Origin: Balanoglossus misakiensis
Lineage: Eukaryota > Animalia > Hemichordata
Length of the DNA stretch: 64,000 nucleotides
Direction of reading: 5' to 3'
Assembly: GCA_040954595.2 (NCBI GenBank)
Contig: CM082598.2
Span: 7,579,097 to 7,643,096, forward strand
In this document: positions 42,601 to 54,240 of the stretch, piece after piece
Position numbering within the stretch: position 1 is the first letter of the stretch
How the letters are laid out: each line of letters opens with the position of its first letter
Made by a program: the position numbers and the translations under genes
Notes under the pieces: model-generated
The model's database searches: none
The model's input: the letters and a program-made list of their open reading frames with translations, nothing else
Told to the model about the DNA's origin: nothing

Positions 42601-43547
42601 CCAAGCAGCATATGACACGGATGTAACCCCGGCCACCTCAACCCCCAGCGCAGGGACACTTAGGGACAGCGAGAACGAGTCTTCCCAAGCAGCATATGAC
42701 ACGGATGTAACCCCGGCCACCTCAACCCCCAGCGCAGGGCAAGGGACAGCGAGAACGAGTCTTCCCAAGCAGCATATGACACGGATGTAACCCCGGCCAC
42801 CTCAACCCCCAGCGCAGGGCAAGGGACAGCGAGAACGAGTCTTCCCAAGCAGCATATGACACGGATGTAACCCCGGCCACCTCAACCCCCTGCGCAGGGA
42901 CAAGGGACAGCGAGACGAGTCTTCCCAAGCAGCATATGACACGGATGTAACCCCGGCCACCTCAACCCCCAGCGCAGGGACAAGGGACAGCGAGACGAGT
43001 CTTCCCAAGCAGCATATGACACGGATGTAACCCCGGCCACCTCAACCCCCAGCGCAGGGACAAGGGACAGCGAGAACGAGTCTTCCCAAGCAGCATATGA
43101 CACGGATGTAACCCCGGCCACCTCAACCCCCAGCGCAGGGACACTTAGGGACAGCGAGAACGAGTCTTCCCAAGCAGCATATGACACGGATGTAACCCCG
43201 GCCACCTCAACCCCCAGCGCAGGGACAAGGGACAGCGAGAACGAGTCTTCCCAAGCTGCATATGACACGGATGTAACCCCGGCCACCTCAACCCCCAGCG
43301 CAGGGACAAGGGACAGCGAGAACGAGTCTTCCCAAGCAGCATATGACACGGATGTAACCCCGGCCACCTCAACCTCCAGCGCAGGGACAAGGGACAGCGA
43401 GAAAGAGTCTTCCCAAGCAGCATATGACACGGATGTAACCCCGGCCACCTTAACCTCCAGCGCAGGGGAAAGGGACAGCGAGAACTAGTCTTCCCAAGCA
43501 GCATATGACACTGATGTAACCCCAGCCACCTCAACCCCCAGCGCAGG
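30645..43547 (+). repeat. 81-bp coding minisatellite, ~160 units (27-aa RDSENESSQAAYDTDVTPATSTPSAGT), with higher-order repeats
   Basis: Directly visible; 80-, 81- and 84-bp variants; variant blocks recur at ~2764, ~2272 and 814-bp spacing. Confidence 0.98.
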
Positions 43548-45668
43548 GAGCAGCAACGATGGTGACCAAGAACTCATGTTCATGAAAACTCCTATCATTG
43601 TAAGGTCACCTTTAAAAGAAAAAAATATAGGTAAGTGCAGCAATACAGTATTTAGTGCAAGTATACAATCAAGTGTTACAATAACTCATAACAAGTACAT
43701 AGGAAAATACCTTGAAATAGTTGAATGCAGACTGCAGTGTTAAAGTCTGTTGAAAAACATTCTAAATAGTAATCACACTGGCTGCTGTGGTGAATTGTTG
43801 TTCAGCTCATTACTTCCATTTACATTTTAGCAGAAACATTGATAGCACCAATTATTTATATTTTGGCATGAACTTTAACCTACTTTTGACATTTCAGTAT
43901 TTTTCTGCATATATAATTTGAGACAGGGCTAGTTTTTTTTTTATTCTGGCTCACTTGACCTATACCTCATCAAATATGTGAATATATCTAATAATAGGCT
44001 TACCAGTAATGAACATGTACTGTGGGATGAAATTTAGTTGCCACCTTCTCAACCTCTTTGCTTAAATGTCAACTTTATTAGCTTAGGCCCTTCTGTGCTT
44101 GCAGTTTAAATTAATAATATGATTTAGTTAATTACAGAACTAGGGGCGGAGCTCCAAAATTGTTGAATGTATAATCAAGTTTACTTATCTTAGCATGGCA
44201 CTATGCCAATAGCAGTTGCCTTTTTCCTCCAGTTGTATAAAATTAAGTGTACCCAGGTCAATGTCTTGTCAATACTGGTTTCTGTCTGGTAAAGGGTTTT
44301 GGCCTATTTTTTTATTCCATGCACATAAGCTGACATTATTATTTTCCATTTTAACGGATATTGGCCAACATACATGCAGGTCAGAAACAACGCGTAAGGT
44401 GAGACATTTCTCCGTTATCTTGTTGGTGTTTTTCTGAATTGTTTTATGGCAAGAAAGGGGTTAGGTTATTATATTACACAAGCTGTCAGTGACACGTACA
44501 TTTTGCTCTGCAGGATTGTCTGTTATTTCATCGTCTGCCAAGGGTCAATCAAGTCCAAGTCTAATATAAGTTGTTTTGTCATGCGTTTTTCATGATTGTT
44601 CACATCTAAATTAGACTACTTGAATCAGACATGTTTTTTTGGTTCTGTGGTTGTTTGTTTGTTTGTTTGTTTGTTTGTTTGTTTTGGGGGGGGGTAAATG
44701 AAAATTTAGATGGCTTGTAACCAATGTTCATGTATTTTTAGGCTATGCTGTATGGGTAAATAACTTGCCGGCATCCTTTCACTCTGTGAAGTTTTTTGGT
44801 TAAATAGTGAAGACACACAGTCACAAAAAGCTACTTTACATATCTAATTATAACATCTGTTTTTGATGCTTTGTATAGTTGGGTGCTTGTGGGGCATTAG
44901 GCCTATATAGATTTTGGTGGATGAGTGTCATTATAATTTGACCATGTGTTCGCAATTCATTATATGAAGTTGTAATAATGTTGCTTACAACATATTTTCC
45001 TAATGATATTTTACATTTCTTCCAGTTTGAAATTCAGACTAAATTGTTTAATGCAACCAAGCCTGTCACCACCAGACATCACAATTCTAAAAGACGGAAA
45101 GTAAAAACAAAAACAAAATTAATTAATAAAATTGCATTGAGCAAAGTTTCATTATTTCTCTAAAATTATATGTCCAAAGACACAAACTCTATATTTGCAA
45201 AAGTTTCTCTTATGATTTGGCTTAAAACAAAAACTGTAAATGTTATTGTGTAAAATCATGTGGTTAACATCAAACAAATTGTAGAACTCATGTCTGATTT
45301 TTCAAGTAACATACACTTGCTCCCCGAATTTTATGTAGCAAAATATAAACACCCATTCTGAATTGAGGCTAAATTTATCATTAATAACATTTTTGTGAGA
45401 TAACTATTTTTAAACAAATCCATAAGTATTTTTTTCGGCACTTTGGCATTGTCTTGTAATTTTCTGCAAAGCGACATATCAAAGTTATTGTTTGGTATGT
45501 CCCAATATGCCAATTTCTTGCTGCCTACTGATCATTTTGAATTAATTTATTCATTCATACAAAATATTAGAGTGATCTGGAATTGTCTTTGACAATGAAC
45601 TGGCTTATGTGGCAAAGACTTTTAATTATATATCAGTAATTAACAAACATTTTTATTGCTTCCTACAG

Positions 45669-45857
45669 ATTAACAGAATAGACAGTACCACTGCCAGAAT
45701 TGACGACGAAACCTACTGCTGGTGCAAACGAGAGGCTTCTTATGACAACATGATTGCATGTGATGGTGATGGATGCAAGATCGAGTGGTACCATCGCAAG
45801 TGTGTTGGTATAAAAAAGGTGCCAGCTGGCACATGGAAATGTCCCATGTGCCAGTAA
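45669..45857 (+). CDS. ING-type PHD finger terminal exon
   Basis: tcctacag|INRIDSTTARIDDETYCWCKREASYDNMIACDGDGCKIEWYHRKCVGIKKVPAGTWKCPMCQ*; C4HC3 pattern with Y/M/W cage residues. Confidence 0.9.
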   Translation: MNRIDSTTARIDDETYCWCKREASYDNMIACDGDGCKIEWYHRKCVGIKKVPAGTWKCPMCQ

Positions 45858-46510
45858 ACTTCACAAAACATTACTTGGGACATAGCTGTGGAAATGCAGC
45901 TTTTCTACTGGGAGTGGGGGTGTTTTTGGTAATTCCATGCTGGCAGCTGTGGGCAAGCACTTGGACTTTGAAGATCGAACTGAGCATAATTCAATAAAAC
46001 GACCTGAACTGTGTTTATTTCTGGGGCCAAAACCCTTTTCATCAAGGAGCATGCTCGAGCACTACCCACTTGAAGTGACTGGAATGCTTAAAATTAATAA
46101 GGACCTCGCACAACGGTAGTGAGGGACAGAGTTTGTGTAATTCACTCCGCGCTGCTCTCATGTTGTCAAGCAAGCACATTGCATCATAACATACAATTAC
46201 TTTCAACCAATCTTCAGCAGGAACATCTTGAAGCACAAGAAAGAGAACACGAAGTAGCAACAGAAACACTTGACTCAGTGATTCACTCCTGCAAATAGGA
46301 CAAATGCCATGTTAACAAAACCCAGTGAATAACATGAAGGTACACTTCTCATGAAAAGATAGCTACAAGTAATCTGTATCAATCAGTAACACAACTGTGT
46401 TATTAAATGTAGTACATGTAATGCATTTTAGGATACAGATGCATTAAATGAAAATACCTAAAATTCTCATACATGTATTATGATGCAACTAACTTCATGA
46501 AAACCCTTAA

Positions 46511-47224
46511 GGTGGAATTGCCTGAAAAGTTGTTTTTTGTGAGTTTTACCTTTCTACATAAATTGGTAGGTCTAACCCACATTCTGACAAATGCGTCTTG
46601 GCGGAAATGGTACATAATCACCCAAAAATAGCAAAAATAGAATGAGTCCGCAGCTAAAGAAATAGGTGTCAACAATGCAAATTTCTCAGTTTGCATTTTC
46701 GCTGCTCTTGACAACTTCTGAAGAATTAAGCTTTGCTTTGCGTTGGCCGAATTTGCTCAAATTTTAACAGGGGATTGTGTATAACACATCTAACAAAACG
46801 ATTTTTTTTTAGTCGATAAAGTGTCCCTGGTGGGAATGAACTTTAATTCAATACAACTTATCGTGAATTTGATCACATTTTCTAAAAATCTGATTTGCAA
46901 ACGCTGTTACTCCTCAATGAAAGCAGATAATGCAACACAAACTTGGCGTTTATTTACACGTGTACTCTAGTTTTCGAATGACATATTAAGATGCGGGATG
47001 CATGGTCAACTTTTTTACCTAATTTCAATCGAATGACATAATATCAAAAATGTGTTTTTTAACTCAAAAACGCCACCATTTCGGGGGGGGGTCAATAAAA
47101 TGTGCAACTCAAACAAAAGTTCAAAAAATCAGCTTCCAGATTATGTGTGGTTTATAGGGGTTTTAACATTGTCATTGATGAGAAATTGGCCTCAAAAGTC
47201 TTCACGGTTTTGTGCAATGTCACC
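46511..47224. mobile_element. TTAA-flanked non-autonomous element in the last transposase intron
   Basis: TTAA|GGTGGAATTGC ... GCAATGTCACC|TTAA imperfect TIRs. Confidence 0.55.
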
Positions 47225-48955
47225 TTAAATGAGCTGCTTGGTGGACACACCAAGAAATATCCTAAATTTACAAAGATCTAAAATGTAGGAGTCTGAAGAC
47301 ATATTATGCACATTAGCCTGTCTGTGAATGTGCATTAATAAAAATGAAATGCATGAGAAAGATTAAACTTACTCTTTTCATATCAATTTATTTCACTGCA
47401 TTTTTTCTAGACAGGCATTTACTTAAAACTGTAACATTCACACATTTTCAACTAAGTTTCCTCCATATATTCAAACAGCAGGAAAAAAGGGATTTATGTG
47501 AAATTAATCTGTTTTTATTCCAGAAACAAAACTTACTTGTACTAGGGAATGAACGTCAAAATCACACCACCCCCAGAGACAACAAACTGATGACTATTTG
47601 ACCATTTTCTCAATTGCTTACTGGAGCCCAGGTTCTTCTTGCACGGTGTCTCATTTCTCATTACACTTCCAGCTTTACTTGGGTTCCTGTGGAGATATAT
47701 ATAAATTTAAAGCTCCATTCTTATCAATTTAATAGAAAGCCAAATTCAGTGCAAAGCATGAAACAAACACAGACAAAGTTTTTTTTAGGAAATCTCAGAG
47801 ACACTACAGCTTTAAGGTCATCAAAACTTCCTACACACTTTCTGAAATGTGTTGTTACCTTGTTCTTCTGCCACAGTATTTTCATTGCTGGCTTCTGAGG
47901 CAAGTTCATCCAGCACAACCCCCACATCATTGTATGTTCCTGAAAGCAGATTTAATAATACTGCGTGATCCAACTAATGAGATTATACCGGTAGTTACAA
48001 TGGTTGTATTATTGTGGTCGGTGCAGTAGTCCTGTTGGCCAGTGTGCAGCATAGGACCAAAATAAGAGGATTCACACAACGTTATTGTATGCAACTTTCA
48101 GTTCTCGCATGATACCTACAGAATAATTACTCCAGAGTGCCCCCCCCCCCCAATACAGCTGGTAACAGTAAGGTTTAAAAAGGAGACATTTATCATTAAA
48201 CATACACTTACAGAAATTTCTCATCAACATATTTGCTGACATGTAGCAATATCTCGTATGTTGCTTGATGTCAATATCATCTTTAAAGTGATCCGTTAAG
48301 ACAAAGCCAAAGAGACAACAACAAAATTCCTCCCCGTTGAGAAATATAGAAGGTTTTTTTACAAATACAGCTAGATCTACATGTAATCTTTGTCCACCAA
48401 ACACAACGTGAACTTGCAAACTAATTCTTAGAGCAATCTGACTAGTGTTTCTCGAGTTTTTGGGGATGACAACTTCATATCAACATGAAACGGCAGTGAT
48501 TTTCAAGTGTTTGCAGTGGACATACATATAATATACATACACACAGACAAACATACATACAGCCAACTTATACTATAAGCTCATATTAGTACACCAAATG
48601 AAGGCTTTAAATACAGATATGAGAAACGTAAACACGTACCTTCAGCTTCATCATCTTGTACCTTGTCAATCATACATAATAGGACCAACAATGTTTGTGT
48701 TCACATTTGAAAATGCAAGGCAAATTGTCTGTTGCCATATACACTGGGGTAGTTATTAGGGGGGGGGGGGGTGTACTTGAAAAATATGTCAGCAATGTCT
48801 TGTTGAACAGGCATTCAGTACTTTGATACTTAGTAAAATTGTGAATTGTATTGTTCACTATGATTGGTTATATACTGTAGTTATTGTGTTTAACTTGATG
48901 ATAAAATGGTGTTATTTTTCAGCTGAAGGGGTTAAAATAACATTGCGGTATCTCA

Positions 48956-49665
48956 GAAACATGCGGGGCCTTATACACTGCAATGAAGGAACAGTATTTG
49001 AAGGTATTATTTGATTGCTAATTTTATTACAGAAATCAATTGTATAACAATGACATTTTAATGACTTCTTTGCCATATCTATGACATATTCTGTTTATCA
49101 TTTTAAAAAATAAATAATCTTGTTTATCATTTTAACAAATAAATAATCTTGTTTATCATTTTAGCAAATAAATCTATAAATGTGTTACTGCATAGAAAAA
49201 ATTAACAACTAACACATAACCAGAAATAGATAACATGTAAAACAACACAATATTGCAAAAAAGCCCAGACAAATATAATAAATAATACAAGATAAATTGT
49301 AAAAATGCTACATTTCATGCAATAAAATAGCACATTAAAAACAGAGTTGTGTAATTTATAATTACACATGTGCATACAGCTCCCATTAATGATTTATATT
49401 CTAATTTGTTCCCCTTTAAATGTATACTTGTAAGTAAACTTTTAAAATTGACCAAAACTAATGCAATAAATAGCGTCAAGGACGCTTTGGTCTCATTTGT
49501 TTATTACAAAAAACACTTTCTAAATAAAATATTTAATAAACAGAATATGTCATAGATATGGCAAAGAAGTCATTAAAATGTCATTGTTATACAATTGATT
49601 TCTGTAATAAAATTAGCAATCAAATACTGTTCCTTCATTGCAGTGTATAAGGCCCCGCATGTTTC
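48956..49665. repeat. Fold-back inverted duplication of Harbinger exon/intron sequence
   Basis: 48956-49098 is the reverse complement of 49536-49665, apart from a 13-nt indel. Confidence 0.9.
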
Positions 49666-50297
49666 CTCGACAATGGCTGATACAGTCCTCTCCCCTATTC
49701 TGAATTGAAAGGAAAGACTTCTGAACGTTTCTCCTAAAAAAGAAGAACAAAATTATCATTAACTCCCAGACTAGTTAAATATTTTTAGCAATGCTGAAAA
49801 TTGTTTGAAAATAGTAAAAAAAAACCATGATGTCCAACATGTGCTACACAAGGTTTATGAACCCCCATGCTCGTATACATTTGACCTTAACTTGAACTAG
49901 TCTGAAAACATCAACATATATTTTGTTTAATCACTTGCCAGCATTTATTTTACCTACCTGTAGCAAGGAATCGTAATGTAACAGCAAGTCTTTCACTAGG
50001 ATCAACTGCTGATCGCATATTTGTGTTCTGTTTGGAAATGAGAGGGCCAACCATTGCCAGGACATCTTGGAAGGATTGGCTGTCTAGTCGATGGAACTGG
50101 CGGAATCTTTCAGGGTCTTCAGTCCTCAACTCTTGGATCAGGTTTGCATATGCTCCTTGAGCCTGTCGTCGCAAAATCCATTGTCGAGCCCAGGTTGTTC
50201 GAGCTGCCGCTCTCAACCGGCGTCAACGTCTATGAAGCAGCAAAAGAAATAATAACGCTTCTTCATCCTCTGATGCACTGGAATCTGTCAATTCCAT
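49621..50297 (-). pseudogene. PIF/Harbinger transposase, N-terminal part (2 exons)
   Basis: W..QWILRR..QGAYANLIQELR..D...FRQFHRL...F...L...P.I.KQNTNMRSAV.PSERLAVTLRFLATG|ETFRSLSFQFRIG..TVS.IV.ETC; stop codon at ~50223; DDE core absent. Confidence 0.9.
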
Positions 50298-50762
50298 TAC
50301 TGAACTGAAAAGGGAAAGTGCATTAAAGGTTTTATTTTAACAGCCAATTTTGATTCTCTGCTTACATATACCTCAGTATAGCCGTATAAAGTGTTTCATC
50401 CAGAAAGGGAAACGTCTATCGATATTAACACTCTGTTTACCATGTTGGTGCATGAAATGACGTCAGCGAGCTTGAACGCAGCGTTCACAACAAATCATCA
50501 GCTGATCATGTAAACAGCCCACAGTCGACTTGTCAATATAGGTAAACTGTAGCGAAAGTGTAACGATTTTGTAAACCAATAAACTTTGCTATTTTGCTTT
50601 CGGTGTAGATAAAAGGTCAAAAGGGCCATCCATTGTACTATGCAGGCAATGCAACACACGCAGCGACATGGGAGGTCCTAGTGTAGATCACAAACTTGTT
50701 TGCAGTTCACGGTCCCTCGACTCGTACGTGGTCAGTCAGGCAGATTATTTTTATTTTTCACT

Positions 50763-51057
50763 TGTGGTATTTCTGGAGAATACCTCACCTGGAGTATACC
50801 AGTGCCTGGAGATTCCTGTGGAAATGCTGATTGGGTGGTGACCCTTATGTGACCTGTCACGTGACCCCGTGAAGGTTATATATATCACCGTGGGACCGGA
50901 AGCCGGGGTTCTCTCTCGTCTCGTCCATGGTCTGGTGCTACACGCTCTACTTGTTCTGGACCCGGACCGCCTGCACGCACTCAACTAGGTGAGTATGCGT
51001 TACGGGCATTGACTAGGGAAACCTTTCCGTGGCGTTGAAGTTGGGGAAAACGCTACA
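50763..51057 (+). repeat. 5' LTR (TATA ~50876, splice donor AG|GTGAGT at 50989)
   Basis: Identical to 54241-54535 except at 3 positions by my count. Confidence 0.97.
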
Positions 51058-51058
51058 T

Positions 51059-51076
51059 TGGCGCTGCGAGCAGGGT
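51059..51076 (+). promoter_or_regulatory. Primer binding site, probably tRNA-Ser
   Basis: TGGCGCTGCGAGCAGGGT lies 1 nt after the LTR and resembles the complement of eukaryotic tRNA-Ser 3' ends. Confidence 0.75.
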
Positions 51077-51089
51077 AGAAAAAGGGAAA

Positions 51090-51458
51090 AGCCGGAAATT
51101 AAGTCATCCGTGCAAAGGACCTGGGATTATAATCAACAAGTTAACACCATACTTGTATAAGGTAAAATTCCAGCGGGCCATAGTAACTGCCCACCATGAT
51201 CGGCTTAAGCTATGTCGGAACCGAGACCTGCCCCAATGGGTCATGAGGTATCAAGAAAATCTCAAACGGAATAGTACAGGTAAGGCAGAGATCGCCGATG
51301 TATCATCGACACTATATTGTGTTTGTCGGAAGCCCTATCGTGGTGAGTTCATGATCCAGTGTGATGCTTGCTCGGAGTGGTACCATGGACACTGCGTTGG
51401 GGTGACGACCAGGGATGCGCGGAGGATTTCTGTTTATACTTGTCCGGCATGTTCTTAA
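51090..51458 (+). pseudogene. Integrase C-terminal (GPY/F-like) remnant fused to a PHD finger
   Basis: PCKGPGIIINKL..YLYKVK....HHDRLK followed by YCVCRKPY.GEFMIQCDACSEWYHGHCVG...YTCPAC*. Confidence 0.85.
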
Positions 51459-51489
51459 TCTATTGTCTTTCTCTTCATTGTCCACAGAC

Positions 51490-53862
51490 ATGGCTTCTTC
51501 GTCTCCACCTGATTCACCCAAGCGCCAATGGAAGGAGGTCGCTCCGACTGATCCAAGTGCCGCTCGCCAGCGTCTTAGCCAGGAGATATCCGATGCTACC
51601 ACCAATGACTTCCTTTGGCAAGTTCGAGAGCTCGTCAATGGCATCGGTGTTATCTCCATGGGACCTGACCGGTCTGTGGCACAGGGCCAGGAGCTCCTGA
51701 TCGGTCAATACACCATAGCGGCCCGGAGGAAGCGATGGGGATGGATCAGAGCCCTGCGCAAAGACGTCGATCTTTGCCTTGGTTTTGATCGCGCTTGGAT
51801 TGATGAACATCTTCCTCATCCAAATCCAAGAGAAAACACTTGGTCTGCTCCCCAAAGGTCCAAGAAGTCGGCTTCGTATGAAGTTCCACCTGATGGTATG
51901 TACCGGGACTTCCGTCTTCAGGACCCTGAGCAAGTGGAAAAATGGCAGCGGGAGTCTGTGCACTCAGGTATCCCGCAAGAGGTGCTGCCCGCAGCACCTC
52001 TGCCAGACGTCCAACGCACTCGGGGGCCGGGGGCGGGGGAACTGGTATGTCCACCGGTTGGATCCATATCGGAGGTGCAACCGGTGTTGGTTTCTGCCCC
52101 GGTGGAGGCAGCGCCGGAAGTACTTCCTGCGCCTATGGAAACGGCTAGCCCGCAACGAGGACCAGCGGTGAGGAAGGCTGTGGTGGCAACTGGCCGGGGT
52201 AAGAAGAAGTCCAGTAGAGGTAAGAAGGGGAAGGGGGTTCTGAATCAGCCTCCTGTTGGCTCCGCAGGGAGTCAGCGGGTGCAACGATCTAGCCCTCTTT
52301 CTCTGGTCGGACCCTATAGTGAGGCTTTTCTCCCGGTTGGTTTAGGGCAACCCCCTCTCGTTCCTCTTCCCCCAGGCTACCTTGGAATACCGCCGGCAGA
52401 TCATGTTCGTTGTCCCTTGCCGGAGTGCACGGAGGTAACTGTGGACCTCAGGGCTCATGTCTTGGGTAAGCATGTTCCTCCGGTACTCCGGGGTGATCAT
52501 CCTTTCGAGGCTTGGAGAGTGTTCCATGCTTTGGGCATTCTTCATTCCTGGATTGTTGGGGGATCACCAGGTTCACCGGCCATGAGCTTGTTGGTTTATT
52601 TCGAGCGGTTTGGCCATGTCTTTCTTCCGCCGGTTTCATCGGTAGAGGAAGAGTATTTTCCTTTGATGCATCAACTATGTAGGGATTTGGGGTGGGAGCC
52701 CATGCTACGGTTTGGACTCCACCCGCCAAATTCTCCCGCTGGACTCGTTCACTGGAGAGTGCTCTTGGTTTTGTTGGGTTTTCTTTCTCCTTTGCAGAGA
52801 GCGGAGTTTGCAGGCCTCTTCAGCGGGGATCGGCAGATTCTGCAGGCCAAGAAAACCAAGCAGAGCCATCCTCTGCCCAGGAAGTCGTGCACTGTGTCCC
52901 GATCACAGGAAGCGCAAGATTTGATTGCCTCGGCAACTGCTTCTGCTTCAGGGAGCCAGAGTTTGGATGTAGGTCCTCGCCCGACTAAGTCTAAGGGTAA
53001 GGTGAAATGTGTTGGCAGTGCGGCTTCGCCACTAGGAGCCTTTGATTCTCATTTTCATTTGGATCGATTGACTTCTTCGTGGCGGGGTACTGTCACCCGC
53101 GTGACATCGGACGTAGTGGTCTCCTCCCCTTCCATGCTGAAATCACTGACGGGGATTCCCGTATTGGGTGGGGTGGAGGTTTACTGTGACCCTACGACTT
53201 TTCCCACCAATCTTTCCCGGAGTAAGCGTTGGAAAATTGGCATTGCTGTGGGAATACATCCCAAACAGGCGGCAACACTGACTGGAAGTCGACTGGAGAA
53301 GTTCAAGGAATTAATCCAATCCCCTCAGGTGGCAGCAATTGGGGAGGTTGGGTTAGATTTCTCTGTTGAGACAGACAAATGGCCCCTCCATGAGACAGTG
53401 TTCAGGTTGGCCCTTTCCCAGTGTGATCCACGGAAGCTCCTGGTTCTGCACATCAGAGGAGCTACTGGAGATGTGTGTATTGCTGCTGTCGGGCGTAGGG
53501 CTCTTGAAATCGTTCGTGAGTACTGCGCCAGTGAGCAGTTGATCCACTTCCATGGCTTCACTGGAGATCGTTTTGTGGTCGAGTGCTGGATCAGGGATTA
53601 TCCGTACTGTTACTTCAGCTTTAATGCTGGTGTTAACACTTTTTCTACCCCTCAGCTTGAAGCACTCAGGGCGGTGCCAGAGGATCGTCTTCTCTTGGAG
53701 ACGGACTCCCCGTACTTCCCTGTGGCCAATGGTGCCAAGCCCAACACTCCAGCCTTTATCGGAGATGTTGCTGTCCTGGTTGCGGCGCGGCGGGGGATAC
53801 CTCTGAACCAGCTACTGGAAGCTGCTGCCAACAACACCAGGCGCTTGTACAGCTTCGACTGA
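51490..53862 (+). CDS. 790-aa protein: Pro-rich N-terminus, C2H2-like Zn finger, C-terminal TatD-family metal-dependent DNase
   Basis: Uninterrupted ORF. TatD motifs FDSHFH, VGIHP, IGEVGLD, LVLHIR, IHFHGF and LLETDSPY are all intact (domain from ~53035); CPLPEC...HVLGKH finger; ATG lies 2 nt after a splice acceptor. Confidence 0.92.
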   Translation: MASSSPPDSPKRQWKEVAPTDPSAARQRLSQEISDATTNDFLWQVRELVNGIGVISMGPDRSVAQGQELLIGQYTIAARRKRWGWIRALRKDVDLCLGFDRAWIDEHLPHPNPRENTWSAPQRSKKSASYEVPPDGMYRDFRLQDPEQVEKWQRESVHSGIPQEVLPAAPLPDVQRTRGPGAGELVCPPVGSISEVQPVLVSAPVEAAPEVLPAPMETASPQRGPAVRKAVVATGRGKKKSSRGKKGKGVLNQPPVGSAGSQRVQRSSPLSLVGPYSEAFLPVGLGQPPLVPLPPGYLGIPPADHVRCPLPECTEVTVDLRAHVLGKHVPPVLRGDHPFEAWRVFHALGILHSWIVGGSPGSPAMSLLVYFERFGHVFLPPVSSVEEEYFPLMHQLCRDLGWEPMLRFGLHPPNSPAGLVHWRVLLVLLGFLSPLQRAEFAGLFSGDRQILQAKKTKQSHPLPRKSCTVSRSQEAQDLIASATASASGSQSLDVGPRPTKSKGKVKCVGSAASPLGAFDSHFHLDRLTSSWRGTVTRVTSDVVVSSPSMLKSLTGIPVLGGVEVYCDPTTFPTNLSRSKRWKIGIAVGIHPKQAATLTGSRLEKFKELIQSPQVAAIGEVGLDFSVETDKWPLHETVFRLALSQCDPRKLLVLHIRGATGDVCIAAVGRRALEIVREYCASEQLIHFHGFTGDRFVVECWIRDYPYCYFSFNAGVNTFSTPQLEALRAVPEDRLLLETDSPYFPVANGAKPNTPAFIGDVAVLVAARRGIPLNQLLEAAANNTRRLYSFD

Positions 53863-54221
53863 ACGGGTAATCTTTGGGGGGGTCCTAGGCTGCAGTATTG
53901 GCGTTAGACTGTGAAATCCATATTACATCCGGAGCTGCCTTCCATGGGTCTTTCCCTTTTATCTGGGCCCACGCCACTGGGGATATTTTTGCTTGTTGGT
54001 TTTTGTTACTTCCGGTCCCTCCCCAGTGGCAGTAAAATTGTGTTTGCCACCATCGTGTAAGAATCGATCTCGACGGTATGGCTCTAAAAAGTCCCCAAAA
54101 AAGAAAAAAAAACGTGCCATATCCCGGATTGATTCGAATCGGCTGTTCTGTCCATAATCATCTAACCATCTATGAAAGGAATCTCCCAGTTTCCAGAGAT
54201 CCACACGGAACCCATCGCTTC

Positions 54222-54240
54222 AGAAGAAAACAGGGGAGAG
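54222..54240 (+). promoter_or_regulatory. Polypurine tract
   Basis: AGAAGAAAACAGGGGAGAG immediately 5' of the 3' LTR. Confidence 0.85.

Larger units (their letters stand above)
23292..45857 (+). pseudogene. Multi-exon AAA+/P-loop helicase-like ATPase (DUF927/Cch/SF3-like) + S/T/acidic repeat linker + C-terminal ING-type PHD finger; exons ~23292-23474, 25993-26221, 26808-26948, 27799-28199, 28565-28836, 29511-29683, 29898-30092, 30445-30510, 30628-43630, 45669-45857
   Basis: Walker A SKEVDTGKTT, Walker B LPCVIDD, sensor FLCSAN, putative Arg finger LATRCL; GT-AG boundaries; last exon YCWC...MIACD...C...WYH..C...WKCPMC. Several phase conflicts (e.g. the A-run at ~23403) imply frameshifts. Confidence 0.75.

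Noticed and set aside
30628-43534. Long minus-strand ORFs (VEVAGVTSVSYAAWEDS / LRWPGLHPCHMLL repeats)
   Set aside because: Antisense shadows of a stop-free repeat; only the + frame connects to splice sites and flanking coding sequence
51415-51489. ORF-track start of the TatD protein (815 aa)
   Set aside because: It overlaps the PHD coding end and the polypyrimidine tract; ATG 51490 after the acceptor is more plausible
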